A stretch of DNA of 64,000 nt from Spirochaetia bacterium (GTDB lineage: Bacteria; Spirochaetota; Spirochaetia; UBA9216), in the NCBI GenBank assembly GCA_963675665.1, contig OY776510.1, positions 4,608,001-4,672,000 of the forward strand. Direction: 5' to 3'. The stretch's first letter is position 1; the number at the start of each line of letters is the position of its first letter. The position numbers and the translations under genes were made by a program. Below are positions 38,001 through 48,174 of this stretch, in pieces. Below the pieces are notes generated by a model that was not told the DNA's origin, ran no database searches, and saw only the letters and a list, made by a program, of their open reading frames with translations.

Positions 38001-38948
38001 AATTGTATCGGTATCCTGTCGGATATTCAGAATAAGAAACACTATCAGGAACAGAGTAATACCGAATGAAGCAATAAGCAGGTATTTCAGACCGTTAGTT
38101 AAAACAAATTCAGATTCATTAATTTTTAGACCGCTATACCCATAATGTTCATTCTTAGAACAGAAAATATATACATTTTCTCCGTCTATATTTAACGGAA
38201 GCATAAAAGTATCTTCCGAAAGCTCTCCATACTGCTTATCAATTTCAGATAATATAGAAACTGAGACATTATCAAGATTTATAATGTAGCCATTATTGAC
38301 AATTTGAAGTGTATTACCAAGTTCAAGAACAGAACTTCTCACAAGATACTGAAATAACTCTTTTACCGAAGTGTAAAAAAGAGCGTACCCTTTTATTCTT
38401 TCAAGATTATCATAAACCGGAAAAATATAAATAATCCTGCTATTATCTGCATCCAGCTTTATTTTACCGTTTTTATCAAGTTCACTTTCCAACCCTGAAA
38501 CATCCATCCCTTCAGTTGCAGAATCATAGTTGGTATATACTTTTTTATATTGTGAATCTTCCTTAAGATCGCTATCTAATGAACTGTAATGTATTTTAGA
38601 TTCGGAGTCTATCAGACGTACAAAAAGAAGGCCTCTTGCTTCCTTTTTTATTGTATTAAACAGATTTTCAGTGTTAAAGATATCTTCCTGGCTAAGATTC
38701 GGCAGAAAATTCCTGGATAGAGAACTGGTGTCATAAATAATTTTAAAGGTGTCAAGATTTTGTTTATGGTATAAATCTATATTCTTTGCTAATACAGATG
38801 ATTCTTTTTCATTAAACTGGCTGACACGAGTATGATAAAAGGTTGCTTCTATATAATCAAATAATCCGGAGAATGAAATAAAAATGAATACCGCAAATAT
38901 TATCACACTAATCAACAAACTCAGTGCAATTTTAAATCCTGATTTCAT
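35091..38948 (-). CDS. 1285-aa membrane protein: TM, periplasmic domain, TM, Glu-rich repeat tether, C-terminal globular domain
   Basis: Single open ORF; hydrophobic helices near aa 5-28 and aa 287-307; ~500 aa dominated by E/L/V/A repeats. Confidence 0.85.
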   Translation of the reverse strand: MKSGFKIALSLLISVIIFAVFIFISFSGLFDYIEATFYHTRVSQFNEKESSVLAKNIDLYHKQNLDTFKIIYDTSSLSRNFLPNLSQEDIFNTENLFNTIKKEARGLLFVRLIDSESKIHYSSLDSDLKEDSQYKKVYTNYDSATEGMDVSGLESELDKNGKIKLDADNSRIIYIFPVYDNLERIKGYALFYTSVKELFQYLVRSSVLELGNTLQIVNNGYIINLDNVSVSILSEIDKQYGELSEDTFMLPLNIDGENVYIFCSKNEHYGYSGLKINESEFVLTNGLKYLLIASFGITLFLIVFLILNIRQDTDTIMADRIKTLQVSFLKEFISKRDELNWKAVSDNIRLHKQEINKEIKKGLGKIAENEEYNQLLDKNWEEILNILSEKSLKEPVQQLDLKNIENIIQKAISKGNFIINADGAELSRVEKIKKADFPKEETDFEKVEEYSTVESLEALEEYSPAESLEELDEVEALEEAEELEEYSPAESLEELEEVEELEEAEELEEVEELEEVEELDEVEALEEAEELEEVAELEEVEELEEAEELEEVEAIEEVAELEEAEELEEYSPAESLEELDEVEEIGEAEELSEVEELEEVSDFEEVAELEDVEEYSPVESLEELDEVEAIEEAEELEEAEELEEYSPAESLEEVEEVEELEEVEELGEAEELSEVEELEEVSDFEEVAELEEDEKEFPEKLVVKEERIETGIRVDHIFVKEFDEEFTITIENDIEKPEETSLQEKLREIYPDKDILGSEPFNLEEMFKEQNAVGDIAVFDDEFEIETVAENDVSEDYEEIETLEELDEDFSGELEELDELEEVESESPVELLEVTEELEELEELDELEEVESESPVELLEVAEELEELEELDELEELEELEELEELEELEELEELEELEELEELEELEELEELEESSSELGGKVEEIPSEEVLEEVEELELFEDDSESEVGIVIEIESPVRDSKSALYYKKYNYNIDYKAIKEGRPSIAVEVQPLEPLTKDVASSETKKEKKVPEKEQEAVAINLSPEERDFLNELNNVYNDRIEILTLEDVIGEFTKNIGDSIKEEDGIFYISEDTISGSGPKNENFKELVDAVIGKASEDSGEIKSIFSDREVNLLDLNISTAETDEDYGKKEYKSSNLLSDSGLDYDLFLNEYNMNITGISKSLLRVSQKVNALCAAIITTQGNKVKVEYSVGMDSRGRNLMAFKMDEPFFTQIIDKKTFLFVKGSESGIVSIDDRIKKEDRVHFSGYLYIPVKFQEQNAYLFAGLKTADKKLTDYIRVLIK
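36204..36320. repeat. Perfect 9-bp tandem repeat (TTCCTCAAG)x13 encoding (LEE)n
   Basis: 13 exact copies counted, then degenerate copies and an 81-bp duplication (ACTGGCGAC at 36382 and 36463). Confidence 0.95.
36870..37605. repeat. Degenerate coding repeat block (EEAEEL/EEVEEL units punctuated by EEYS[PT][AV]ESLE)
   Basis: Six YS[PT][AV]ES motifs; GEAEELSEVEELEEVSDFEEVAELE occurs twice, 243 bp apart. Confidence 0.85.
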
Positions 38949-39024
38949 TAAAACCTTTTATCTCCCAGCTTTATATATAGCATGTTTCAAATGTTTTTCT
39001 CTGACAACATTGCTATTCCTTATA

Positions 39025-39051
39025 TTTTCGGCACTTATGAAACATCTTTGA
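39025..39051 (-). promoter_or_regulatory. sigma28-like promoter for the acidic repeat protein
   Basis: TCAA-N15-GCCGAAAA directly downstream of the rplQ terminator. Confidence 0.5.
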
Positions 39052-39062
39052 AGCCATATTAT

Positions 39063-39090
39063 AAAAAAAGAGGGTGCTTTACACCCTCTT
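39063..39090 (-). terminator. Intrinsic terminator of the alpha operon
   Basis: AAGAGGGTG-taaag-CACCCTCTT running into a T tract. Confidence 0.85.
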
Positions 39091-39122
39091 CTTACTTAAG
39101 AAAAGCTTATTTATTATAACCG

Positions 39123-39716
39123 TTATTCCTCAACATCGTTCTTTTCTTCAGACGGTTCTTCAGATTCTTCTGTCGAATCTTCCACCACAGCGTCTGCTGA
39201 AACCTCTTCAGCTTCAACAGCTTCTTTCTTATCTTCCGCTTCAGGCTTCGCCTCTTCAGTAACTTCTTCTTTTGCATCAGCCTTTTCAGGTTCAACTTTC
39301 TTAGTTTCAGCTTTTGCAGGTTTAGCCTTTTTCTTCGAAGACTTCTTTCCGCTTTCAACTTCATCAAAAACAAGTTCAAGAATTACCATCTCTGCGGCGT
39401 CACCTTTTCTGAACCCTGTTTTTAGAATTCTTGTATATCCGCCAGGCCTGTTCTTATTGGCAGGTCCTATTTCGGTAAAAAGCTTATTCAGAACCTCTGC
39501 ATCCTTAATGTCTTTATTGACAATTCTTCTATTATGCACTGAATCAACCTTGGCTCTTGTAATCATTTTTTCGGCTGTCTTTCTGATTTCAAGCGCTTTT
39601 GCCTTTGTAGTATTGATTCTTTCATATCTGAATAGAGAGGTTACCATATTTCTTGTCATTGCTACTCTGTGGCTTGTTTTTCTGCTTAGCTTGTTAAAAC
39701 CAACCCTATTATGCAT
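39123..39716 (-). CDS. rplQ: 50S ribosomal protein L17 with Lys/Glu-rich C-terminal tail
   Basis: [27 protein letters not shown]. Confidence 0.96.
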   Translation of the reverse strand: MHNRVGFNKLSRKTSHRVAMTRNMVTSLFRYERINTTKAKALEIRKTAEKMITRAKVDSVHNRRIVNKDIKDAEVLNKLFTEIGPANKNRPGGYTRILKTGFRKGDAAEMVILELVFDEVESGKKSSKKKAKPAKAETKKVEPEKADAKEEVTEEAKPEAEDKKEAVEAEEVSADAVVEDSTEESEEPSEEKNDVEE

Positions 39717-40761
39717 CTTCTTCTTCCTTCTTTGACTGTAATTTACGCGAAGTTTTAAGCACGCTATAATCGGTCATGCCTAGGCTTAAACCCCACTCAC
39801 TCAATTTTTCTTTGATTTCAAGAAGAGATTTCTTACCGAAATTCCTTGTTTTGGCTATTTCATCCTCACTTCTTCTTGTAAGATCACCGATGGTTTTGAT
39901 GTTCGCATTTTTAAGACAATTACTTGAACGAACCGACAGTTCAAGTTCTTCAACAGGAGTATCAAGAATCGTTTTGATACGTTCCTCTTCTTCGTCGACT
40001 TCTTCATCACCACCGATACTGTCTTCATCAAAGTTTATAAAAATAGTGAAATGATCCTTAGCGATTTTGGCGGCTTCAGCTACTGCATCTTCCGGTGATA
40101 TTGTACCATCCGTTTCTACTTCAAGTACCAGCTTGTCATAATCATTTCTCTGCCCGATTCTTGTATTCTCAATTTCATAGCTTACTCTGAGAACAGGTGA
40201 GAATACGGAATCAATTGCAATAGTACCGATTATTTCAATATATTTCTCGTTAATCTCGGCAGGAATATATCCCCTTCCAAGGTCAATCTGAACTTCAATA
40301 TCAAGATTCGCATTTTCCATCATTGTTGCAATCTTGAGATCTTCGTTAAAAATTTCAATCTCTTCATCAACTTTAAATGAAGCTCCGGTTATTTCACCGG
40401 CACCCTTCAGATCAATATTGATGATTTTCTGCTCAACATCTTCAGGTAATTTTATTTTTAACGCTTTAAGATTATTTATAACTTCAGGGGTATCTTCAAC
40501 AACCTCGGGAATTGATTCAAATTCGCTTGAGATCATATGAGGGTTACCTTCCTCATCGTAACTCGTAATCTTAATTGCAGAAACAGCATATCCCTGTATT
40601 GATGAAAGAAGAACTCTCCTAAGAGTATTTCCGATTGTTGTACCGTACCCTCTTTCAAACGGATAAGCAGTAAATTTACCTACATTACTGCTTATCTCAC
40701 TGTGCTCAAAAGATATACCTTTCGGCTTCTTAAATCCTTTTAAAAGATTTTTTCGCGCCAT
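39709..40761 (-). CDS. rpoA: RNA polymerase alpha subunit
   Basis: [41 protein letters not shown]; start at ATG 40761. Confidence 0.98.
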   Translation of the reverse strand: MARKNLLKGFKKPKGISFEHSEISSNVGKFTAYPFERGYGTTIGNTLRRVLLSSIQGYAVSAIKITSYDEEGNPHMISSEFESIPEVVEDTPEVINNLKALKIKLPEDVEQKIINIDLKGAGEITGASFKVDEEIEIFNEDLKIATMMENANLDIEVQIDLGRGYIPAEINEKYIEIIGTIAIDSVFSPVLRVSYEIENTRIGQRNDYDKLVLEVETDGTISPEDAVAEAAKIAKDHFTIFINFDEDSIGGDEEVDEEEERIKTILDTPVEELELSVRSSNCLKNANIKTIGDLTRRSEDEIAKTRNFGKKSLLEIKEKLSEWGLSLGMTDYSVLKTSRKLQSKKEEEDA

Positions 40762-40777
40762 GTGTACTCCCTGTTTT

Positions 40778-41413
40778 TTATCTTGAATAGAGCTCAACGA
40801 TAAGCTGTTCGTTCAGATCTGCAAGATCAGCTACATCGCTTCTGAGCGGTATCGCTTTAACTGTTCCCTTCATTGCATCAGGATCAATTTCGATCCACGG
40901 GTAAACACCGGATTTGGTGTATTCCTTAAGGCTCTCTTTGATAACAACCATATTCTTGCTGTTTTCTTTCACTTCAATTACATCGCCTTCCCGAACGATA
41001 TAAGAAGATATTGTTACCTTTTTTCCGTTAACCTTAATATGTCCGTGAGACACCAGCTGCCTGGCCTGATTTCTTGATGAAGCAAATCTCATACGGTAAA
41101 CGATATTATCAAGCCTTCTTTCCAGAAGACAGATAAGATTTTCACCGGTTTTCCCTTTCATGCTGTCTGCTTTTGAGAAGAAAATCTTGAACTGCTTTTC
41201 AAGCATTCCATATGTTCTTTTAAGTTTCTGTTTCTCTCTTAACTGCAGCCCGTAATCCGAAACTTTTCCAGCCCTGGTTCTCGGACCCTTTCCGGGAGGA
41301 TTTCTCTTCTTTGTTATAGGGCATTTCGAACCTTTACATCGGTCGCCTTTAAGATATAGTCTCTTCTTTTCAGCACGGCAAAGCCTGCACTGAGGTCCTG
41401 TATTTCTTGCCAT
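40778..41413 (-). CDS. rpsD: 30S ribosomal protein S4
   Basis: [28 protein letters not shown]. Confidence 0.98.
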   Translation of the reverse strand: MARNTGPQCRLCRAEKKRLYLKGDRCKGSKCPITKKRNPPGKGPRTRAGKVSDYGLQLREKQKLKRTYGMLEKQFKIFFSKADSMKGKTGENLICLLERRLDNIVYRMRFASSRNQARQLVSHGHIKVNGKKVTISSYIVREGDVIEVKENSKNMVVIKESLKEYTKSGVYPWIEIDPDAMKGTVKAIPLRSDVADLADLNEQLIVELYSR

Positions 41414-41423
41414 GATATTCTCC

Positions 41424-41804
41424 TTATACCCTTCTGCTCTTTCTCGGTCTGCATCCGTTATGCGGAATAGGCGTCATATCAACAATGCCTTTAACCCACA
41501 ATCCCAGATTACCAAGAGAACGTATAGCGGACTCACGGCCGACACCCGGACCTTTTACATAAACATGTACTGATTGCAGCCCGTAATCCATTGCTTTCTT
41601 GGCAGCAGTTTCTGCTGTTGTCTGTGCAGCATATGGAGTAGACTTCTTGGCTCCCCTGAATCCCAGACCGCCTGCGCTTGCCCATGAAACAGCGTTACCG
41701 TTCAAATCAGTTATTGTAACTATTGTATTATTGAAGGTAGCCTGAATATAGACATTTCCTTCGTGAACCGTCTTCTTCTCTTTCTTTTTCTTAACCTTAG
41801 CCAA
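41424..41804 (-). CDS. rpsK: 30S ribosomal protein S11
   Basis: [23 protein letters not shown]. Confidence 0.98.
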   Translation of the reverse strand: MAKVKKKKEKKTVHEGNVYIQATFNNTIVTITDLNGNAVSWASAGGLGFRGAKKSTPYAAQTTAETAAKKAMDYGLQSVHVYVKGPGVGRESAIRSLGNLGLWVKGIVDMTPIPHNGCRPRKSRRV

Positions 41805-41821
41805 TGCTTTCTACCTCCGGC

Positions 41822-42196
41822 CTATTTAGTTGCTTTTTTCTTTCCGGCAACAGTTTTCTTCTTGCCCTTTCTTGTACGTGCATTGGTTTTAGTCCTCTGT
41901 CCCCGTACCGGCAAGCCTCTTCTGTGTCTGAGACCCCTGTAACAGCCGATATCCATCAGCCTTTTAATGTTAAGCGCATTCTCAGTTCTCAGCCGTCCTT
42001 CGACCTTATATTCATTATCAAGTATCTGTCGAAGCTTGGCAACATCATCACTTGATAGATCATTCATTCTGCTTTCCGGATCAACCTTCAATTTTTCGCA
42101 GATTTCAACAGCTGTTGTCTGGCCGATCCCGTATATATAGGTTAAAGCGATCTTAATTTGTTTATTAGGAAGGTCTACACCTGAAATTCGTGCCAT
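41822..42196 (-). CDS. rpsM: 30S ribosomal protein S13
   Basis: [24 protein letters not shown]. Confidence 0.98.
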   Translation of the reverse strand: MARISGVDLPNKQIKIALTYIYGIGQTTAVEICEKLKVDPESRMNDLSSDDVAKLRQILDNEYKVEGRLRTENALNIKRLMDIGCYRGLRHRRGLPVRGQRTKTNARTRKGKKKTVAGKKKATK

Positions 42197-42206
42197 AAAT
42201 ATCCCC

Positions 42207-42320
42207 CTACTTCTGTCTCTGTTTATGTTTTGGGTTTGTACAGATAATTCTCAATACACCCCGTCTTCTTATAACCTTGCATTTATCACACATGGGTTTA
42301 ACACTTGCTCTTACTTTCAT
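42207..42320 (-). CDS. rpmJ: 50S ribosomal protein L36 (Zn-ribbon form)
   Basis: Not in the ORF track; manual translation [37 protein letters not shown]. Confidence 0.97.
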   Translation of the reverse strand: MKVRASVKPMCDKCKVIRRRGVLRIICTNPKHKQRQK

Positions 42321-42330
42321 TTGTCACCCC

Positions 42331-43653
42331 TTAGAGATTCCTCGATTTAATTTTGCCTTTCTTAACAAAGCCTTCCTGATGATGCATTCTTAGATGACCT
42401 TCAATTTGCGACATTGTATCCAGATCGACTCCTACCATAATCAGAAGTGATGTACCTCCAAGCAACATTGCCGCGGATGCAGGGAAGTGAAACACAGCCT
42501 GAACGATGGTCGGAATAATTGCTATGAAAGCGAGAAAAATGGCGCCGGGTAAAATTATTCTGGTGAGAATCTTATTCAGATATTCTTCCAGTTTGTCTGA
42601 TCTTACTCCCGGAATCGAACCGCCGTTTTCTCTAATCTGTCTTGCTATTTCCATCGGGTTCAGTGTAGCCTGAGTGTAAAAATATGCAAAAAAGATAATC
42701 AATAGCGTATATATTATCAAATATGCCGGACCGCTCGGTCTCAGCCAATATGAAAAATCACCCAGCCATTTAATACTCTTGCCTAAATTGCTGCTTATCT
42801 GTAACAGGAAAGTAAGTATCGATGATGCAAAAATTACAGGTATAACGCCTGAAGGATTGATTTTAAAGGGAATGTATGTGCTCTGTGCACCGTACATCTT
42901 TCTTCCTACAACCCGCTTCGCATAATGAACAGGTATTTTACGCTGCCCCTGCTGTTCATAAACAACCAGTGCAACTACCGCCACAAACATTGCAAGTACA
43001 ATAATTACAAATACAGGGTTTAAAGCATCTTCTCTTACCGCACGTATAATAGATGCAAAAGCATTGGGCATTCTTGCTACAATACCTGCAAAGATTATCA
43101 GAGATATTCCGTTTCCTACTCCACGCTGAGTTATCTGCTCGCCCATCCACATCAGAAAAACAGTGCCCGATGTTACGGTGAGCATTGCAATAAATGTGTA
43201 CGGCAGTTTTGCCATGGCTATTGCATCAGGTATCTGATCAGCATAAACAGTAACTACATATGACTGAATAAGACATACAAGCACCGTACCGTATCTAACG
43301 TATTTCTGAATTTTCTTTCTTCCGCCGTCTTCTTCCGATATCTTCTTCAAAAAAGGAAACACCATCAGAAGCAGCTGCATTATGATCGACATGGAGATAT
43401 AAGGCATTATTCCCAACATAAATATCGAGAAATTCTTAAATCCGCCACCTGAAAAGAAATCGATATATTCTGTAATTCCTATTGCGTTTGCACCTTCCTG
43501 AGCCATGAAATACAGTTTGAGAGCATTGAGATTAATACCGGGAATAGGTATTGCAACGCCAAGTCTGTAAATCACGAGCATAAGTACAGTAAAAAGGATC
43601 CGATCCCGCAGATCCTTTATTCGCATCATATCAGCAAGCTTATTACCAGCCAT
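42331..43653 (-). CDS. secY: Preprotein translocase SecY
   Basis: LGIMPYI, GEQIT.RGVGNGISLIIF, GVIPVIFA, GGTSLLI. Confidence 0.98.
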   Translation of the reverse strand: MAGNKLADMMRIKDLRDRILFTVLMLVIYRLGVAIPIPGINLNALKLYFMAQEGANAIGITEYIDFFSGGGFKNFSIFMLGIMPYISMSIIMQLLLMVFPFLKKISEEDGGRKKIQKYVRYGTVLVCLIQSYVVTVYADQIPDAIAMAKLPYTFIAMLTVTSGTVFLMWMGEQITQRGVGNGISLIIFAGIVARMPNAFASIIRAVREDALNPVFVIIVLAMFVAVVALVVYEQQGQRKIPVHYAKRVVGRKMYGAQSTYIPFKINPSGVIPVIFASSILTFLLQISSNLGKSIKWLGDFSYWLRPSGPAYLIIYTLLIIFFAYFYTQATLNPMEIARQIRENGGSIPGVRSDKLEEYLNKILTRIILPGAIFLAFIAIIPTIVQAVFHFPASAAMLLGGTSLLIMVGVDLDTMSQIEGHLRMHHQEGFVKKGKIKSRNL

Positions 43654-43654
43654 T

Positions 43655-44101
43655 CTAACCTTCTTTGACTACAATATTACCACCGGCTTTTTCGATCTTT
43701 TCTTTTGCACCGGCAGATACTTTTTCTACGTCAACTGTTAACTTTTTGGTGAGTTCTCCGTCACCGAGGATTTTAACTTTAACGTTTTTGCCTTTAACAA
43801 CACCCTTCTCTTTAAGGGTTTCAAGGCTCACGGTTTCACCATCAGTGTATTTTAATTCAATCTCCCGAAGGTTTACAGCTTTATATTCAACCTTAAACGG
43901 ATAGTTGGAAAAACCTCTTCGTGCAATCCGCCTGTAAAGAGGCATCTGGCCGCCTTCAAATCCGGGTCGAACACCACCGCCTGAACGTGCGTTCTGACCG
44001 TTTGAACCTCTTCCGCTTGTTCCACCCCGTGTTGATCCGTTTCCGCGACCTACAACTCGTTTCTTTTTAACCGCGCCGTCCGGCACTCTTAATTCGTCCA
44101 T
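43655..44101 (-). CDS. rplO: 50S ribosomal protein L15
   Basis: GFEGGQMPLYRR. Confidence 0.97.
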   Translation of the reverse strand: MDELRVPDGAVKKKRVVGRGNGSTRGGTSGRGSNGQNARSGGGVRPGFEGGQMPLYRRIARRGFSNYPFKVEYKAVNLREIELKYTDGETVSLETLKEKGVVKGKNVKVKILGDGELTKKLTVDVEKVSAGAKEKIEKAGGNIVVKEG

Positions 44102-44103
44102 AA

Positions 44104-44301
44104 TCAGCTAATCTCCTCAACTTTTACAAGATGTGAGACGGTATTAATCATACCAAGAATTGCAGGATTGGAATCCTTGACAACCGACTGATGCATCTTT
44201 CTCAAACCAAGGGCCTTTAAAGTTGCTCTCTGGTTTGGTTTTCTGCCTATTCCGCTTCTTACAAGCTCTATTTTAACCTGTTTAGTTTTACTCTTGGCCA
44301 T
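44104..44301 (-). CDS. rpmD: 50S ribosomal protein L30
   Basis: LVRS.IGR....[18 protein letters not shown]. Confidence 0.95.
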   Translation of the reverse strand: MAKSKTKQVKIELVRSGIGRKPNQRATLKALGLRKMHQSVVKDSNPAILGMINTVSHLVKVEEIS

Positions 44302-44303
44302 TA

Positions 44304-44801
44304 TTAACCCCACATATCGACAAGAGTTTTTCCCCTGCCTTTTGCAATTTCTCTGGCGCTCATCATATTCTCAAGACCGTTAAAAACAGCTTTTGTTATA
44401 TTCATCGTGTTTTTGGAACCGAGTGATTTACTGAGAATATTATTGATTCCGCATACTTCCATCACGGCACGTACTGGCCCGCCGGCAATAATTCCGGTTC
44501 CCGGAGCAGCCGGCTTCAGAAGTACTCTTGCACTCTTGTACTCGCCTACATATTCATGAGGAACAGTACTGTTTTTCACAGGAACGGTGATCATACTCTT
44601 TTTAGCCTTCTCAACGGACTTTCTGATGGCTTCTGAAACATCATTTGCCTTTCCAAATCCGTAACCTACTCTGCCGTTCTGATCGCCTACGACAACAAGA
44701 GCCGAGAAAGAAAATCTTCTACCACCTTTAACAACCTTTGCAACCCTGTTGAGTTTTACAAGTTTCTCAACATATTCTTTATCGTTTGCAGTTTCCAACA
44801 T
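44304..44801 (-). CDS. rpsE: 30S ribosomal protein S5
   Basis: [15 protein letters not shown]. Confidence 0.98.
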   Translation of the reverse strand: MLETANDKEYVEKLVKLNRVAKVVKGGRRFSFSALVVVGDQNGRVGYGFGKANDVSEAIRKSVEKAKKSMITVPVKNSTVPHEYVGEYKSARVLLKPAAPGTGIIAGGPVRAVMEVCGINNILSKSLGSKNTMNITKAVFNGLENMMSAREIAKGRGKTLVDMWG

Positions 44802-44808
44802 CTTCCTC

Positions 44809-45168
44809 CTAAATGGTTATACCCGACTTGCGCGCACCGTCAGCAATAGCTTTAACTTTACCGTGATAGATATAACCATTTCTATCAAATACAACGTTAG
44901 TTATCTTTTTCTCTTTAAGACGTGTACCGATAAGTTCACCCAGCTTTGAAGCACCTTCAACATTGGACGGAATAGTCCTGTTTTCTTTCTCCAGATTATT
45001 TGCATAAGCGATTGTTTTACCGCTTTGATCATCGATGACCTGGATATAAAGATGCCGTGAGCTTTTGTAAACACTCATTCTCGGTCTTTCCGGAGTTCCC
45101 TGAACAGTTTTCCGAACGTGTTTCTTTCTTCTTACTCTTCGGTTTGCTTTCTCTATAAGCTTCTTCAT
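44809..45168 (-). CDS. rplR: 50S ribosomal protein L18
   Basis: RPRMSV, FDRNGYIYHG. Confidence 0.97.
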   Translation of the reverse strand: MKKLIEKANRRVRRKKHVRKTVQGTPERPRMSVYKSSRHLYIQVIDDQSGKTIAYANNLEKENRTIPSNVEGASKLGELIGTRLKEKKITNVVFDRNGYIYHGKVKAIADGARKSGITI

Positions 45169-45177
45169 ACAACTACC

Positions 45178-45723
45178 CTACTTAATACCTGACTTACCAA
45201 TTTTGCGTCTGATATTTTCATCTTCATACCTGATTCCTTTACCTTTATACGGCTCGGGCGGTCTCAAAGATCTTATTTCAGCGCTTACCTGACCTACTCT
45301 CTGCTTGTTGATTCCGGAAACAACAATTTTGTTGCCACCCTTTCCTTCAACTACAATGGTAATACCGTCCTCAATAAAATAATCGATAGGCTGTGAATAA
45401 CCCAGATTAAGAGTGAGAATGTCGTTATTAACCTCGGCCCTGTAACCAACACCGTTAATAATAAGGCTTTTTGAATATCCCTGAGATACTCCAATAACCA
45501 TGTTGTTTATAAGCGATCTGTAAAGACCGTGATACGAATGTGCGGCCTTTGTATCTTTTTTAGCGCTTACAGTAACTTCATTTTCTTCAACTTTAATATC
45601 TACATCCGGCTTATAATCCTGCTCAAGTTTTCCCTTAGGGCCTTCAACAGCGATCATGTCTTCAGTAACTGCAACCTTGACTCCCTGAGGAATCACTACT
45701 GGTAATTTTCCTATTCGAGACAT
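45178..45723 (-). CDS. rplF: 50S ribosomal protein L6
   Basis: MSRIGK, PEPYKGKGIRY. Confidence 0.98.
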   Translation of the reverse strand: MSRIGKLPVVIPQGVKVAVTEDMIAVEGPKGKLEQDYKPDVDIKVEENEVTVSAKKDTKAAHSYHGLYRSLINNMVIGVSQGYSKSLIINGVGYRAEVNNDILTLNLGYSQPIDYFIEDGITIVVEGKGGNKIVVSGINKQRVGQVSAEIRSLRPPEPYKGKGIRYEDENIRRKIGKSGIK

Positions 45724-45738
45724 TTTGTTTCCCCTATC

Positions 45739-46137
45739 CTACCAAACTGAGCAAATCAGCTCTCCGCCGACCTTTTTTTCAGCGGCTTTCTTTCCGGTCG
45801 TAACACCCGCAGATGTGGATACTATCAATGTACCGAATCCGTTAAAGATTCTGGGCATCTTTTTATAGCTTGAATATATCCTTCTACCAGGTTTTGATAT
45901 TTTCTGAATACCATGAATAATCGGCTGATCTTCTTCAGCATACTTTAAAAATATTCTGATATAGTTAATACCGTCTATTGTGGTTTTCTTAAAATTCTTA
46001 ACATATCCCTCGTTCTTCAAAATTTTCACTATTTCCAGTTTTAATTTTGAAGTCGGAATATCAACCCTATCAAATCGCGCACTATTCGCGTTTCTTATTT
46101 TCGTTAACATATCAGCTACAGGATCTGAAACTGCCAT
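45739..46137 (-). CDS. rpsH: 30S ribosomal protein S8
   Basis: [27 protein letters not shown]. Confidence 0.98.
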   Translation of the reverse strand: MAVSDPVADMLTKIRNANSARFDRVDIPTSKLKLEIVKILKNEGYVKNFKKTTIDGINYIRIFLKYAEEDQPIIHGIQKISKPGRRIYSSYKKMPRIFNGFGTLIVSTSAGVTTGKKAAEKKVGGELICSVW

Positions 46138-46147
46138 ATTATTCTCC

Positions 46148-46333
46148 CTACCAGCTGGATTTAGTTACGCCCGGGATTAAACCTTCACTGGCGTACTTTC
46201 TGAAACAAACTCTACACATCTTAAACTTCCGCATATAGCCTCTCGGTCTGCCACAGATCTGACATCTGTTCACTTTACGTGTACTATACTTCGGAGTCCG
46301 GTTAGCTTTTACAATCATAGATTTTTTAGCCAT
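46148..46333 (-). CDS. rpsN: 30S ribosomal protein S14 type Z
   Basis: [21 protein letters not shown]. Confidence 0.97.
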   Translation of the reverse strand: MAKKSMIVKANRTPKYSTRKVNRCQICGRPRGYMRKFKMCRVCFRKYASEGLIPGVTKSSW

Positions 46334-46344
46334 AATTACTACTC

Positions 46345-46899
46345 CTATTTTCTGAAAGGCATGCCGAGCTTCTGCAAAAGGCTCTTGGCTTCCTGATCCG
46401 TCTTAGCGGTTGTAACAATAGCGATATTCAATCCGCTGACCCTTTCAATCTTGTCATAATCGATTTCAGGAAAAATTATCTGCTCTGTAATGCCAAGAGC
46501 GTAATTTCCGTTACCATCAAATGCGTTAGGGTTAGTGCCTCTGAAGTCCTTTACACGGGGAAGTGCAACACTGGTCAGTCTTTCAAAAAATTCCCACATG
46601 TATGCTCCACGCAAAGTTACCTTGGCGCCGATCTCCATTCCTTCACGCAGCTTAAAGTTTGATATTGATTTTCTTGCCTTCGTCTTAACAGCTTTCTGGC
46701 CTGTAATCAGCTCCATTTCCTGAACAGCTGACTCAAGAAATTTCTTGTTTGCAATTGCGTCTCCGCACCCTACACTGACAACAATTTTCTCAATACTTGG
46801 AATCTGCATGGGGGACTTATATCCGAATTCTTCCTGAAGCTCTTTGAAAACTTTCTCAGTATAGAACTTCTTCATTGTAGGTACGTATACTGCTGCCAT
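46345..46899 (-). CDS. rplE: 50S ribosomal protein L5
   Basis: [20 protein letters not shown]; start 46899 coupled to rplX stop. Confidence 0.97.
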   Translation of the reverse strand: MAAVYVPTMKKFYTEKVFKELQEEFGYKSPMQIPSIEKIVVSVGCGDAIANKKFLESAVQEMELITGQKAVKTKARKSISNFKLREGMEIGAKVTLRGAYMWEFFERLTSVALPRVKDFRGTNPNAFDGNGNYALGITEQIIFPEIDYDKIERVSGLNIAIVTTAKTDQEAKSLLQKLGMPFRK

Positions 46900-47210
46900 T
46901 AGATTGTATCCCCGCATTTCTTACAAATTCTTTTTTTCTCTTTCCCGTCAACCTTGAACCCAACTCTGGTAGGACCGCATTTCTTGCATACTACCATTAC
47001 ATTTGATGCATCCATGGCTGCTTCTATACTTATAATTCCGCCTTTTTCATTCTGGCTTTTGGCTTTCTGGGCCTTCTTTACTATGTTTATACCCTGAACG
47101 ATAACACGGGCTTTTTCTCTGTCTACTTTAACAACCTTTCCGGTTTTTCCTTTATCTTTGCCGCAAACAACCTTAACGGTATCGTCCTTCTTAATCTTAT
47201 ATTTTACCAT
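46899..47210 (-). CDS. rplX: 50S ribosomal protein L24
   Basis: KOW motif GKDKGKTG. Confidence 0.97.
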   Translation of the reverse strand: MVKYKIKKDDTVKVVCGKDKGKTGKVVKVDREKARVIVQGINIVKKAQKAKSQNEKGGIISIEAAMDASNVMVVCKKCGPTRVGFKVDGKEKKRICKKCGDTI

Positions 47211-47222
47211 CAGTAAACTCCT

Positions 47223-47591
47223 TTAAAGAACTTCCGGCGCGAGCGAAACGATCTTCATGAAGCCTTCTTCACGAAGCTCTCTTGCTACAGGGCCGAAAAT
47301 TCTCTTTCCTTTCGGAGCCTGGTTGGCATCTACAATAACACAGGCATTGTCATCAAATCTGATATATGTACCGTCGGGTCTCCGATATTCCTTGCTGGTT
47401 CTTACTATTACCGCCTTCTGTACATCACCTTTTTTGATGGCTGCATTAGGCAGAGCGTCTTTTACTGCTACTACGATGATGTCGCCGATTCCGGCTGTCA
47501 TTTTATGACTTCCGCCGAGAACCTTAATACACTGCACCCTCTTAGCACCGCTGTTATCTGCCACATTCAGATACGTTTGCATCTGGATCAT
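47223..47591 (-). CDS. rplN: 50S ribosomal protein L14
   Basis: [25 protein letters not shown]. Confidence 0.99.
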   Translation of the reverse strand: MIQMQTYLNVADNSGAKRVQCIKVLGGSHKMTAGIGDIIVVAVKDALPNAAIKKGDVQKAVIVRTSKEYRRPDGTYIRFDDNACVIVDANQAPKGKRIFGPVARELREEGFMKIVSLAPEVL

Positions 47592-47681
47592 ATTACAACT
47601 CCTTCAAGCATGCCCGATCAGATATCTCTACCGGCATACTCAATTTCCAATAATGAGCAGACTTCCTGCTCATTAGAACAA

Positions 47682-47963
47682 TTATTTTGCTCTCTCGACT
47701 ATCTCAACAAGACGCCAGCATTTATCTTTGCTGACCGGTCTGCATTCTATTACTCGAACTGTATCTCCGATATTAGCGTCATTCTTTTCATCGTGAGCTT
47801 TTATCTTTTTGCTTCTCGCAAGATACTTTTTATACAGTCGGTGGAGTTTTCTGGTACTTACCTTGACAACGATTGTTTTTTCCATTTTGTCGCTGACCAC
47901 AACTCCTGTGTATGTCTTGTTATATCCCTTGGTCTTTTCTACCGCTTTAGTATCCACTATCAT
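47682..47963 (-). CDS. rpsQ: 30S ribosomal protein S17
   Basis: [22 protein letters not shown]; true start may be GTG 47957. Confidence 0.97.
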   Translation of the reverse strand: MIVDTKAVEKTKGYNKTYTGVVVSDKMEKTIVVKVSTRKLHRLYKKYLARSKKIKAHDEKNDANIGDTVRVIECRPVSKDKCWRLVEIVERAK

Positions 47964-47971
47964 CTCCTGCC

Positions 47972-48172
47972 TTAAGCCTTACGAATTCCGAGCGCATACT
48001 CGTGAATGATCGTATTGAGTCTGGCGATCTGTCGTCTGACAGTTCTGATTTCGATAGGACTTTCAACATGACCAAGCACTTTGCTGAACCTTTTGTCCAT
48101 GTGTTTCTTTTTAAGTTCTTCACGTTTGTTAAGAAGTTCTTCGTATGTCAAATCGCTAAATGAATTTTTCAT
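47972..48172 (-). CDS. rpmC: 50S ribosomal protein L29
   Basis: [13 protein letters not shown]; position in the S10 cluster. Confidence 0.95.
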   Translation of the reverse strand: MKNSFSDLTYEELLNKREELKKKHMDKRFSKVLGHVESPIEIRTVRRQIARLNTIIHEYALGIRKA

Positions 48173-48174
48173 AA

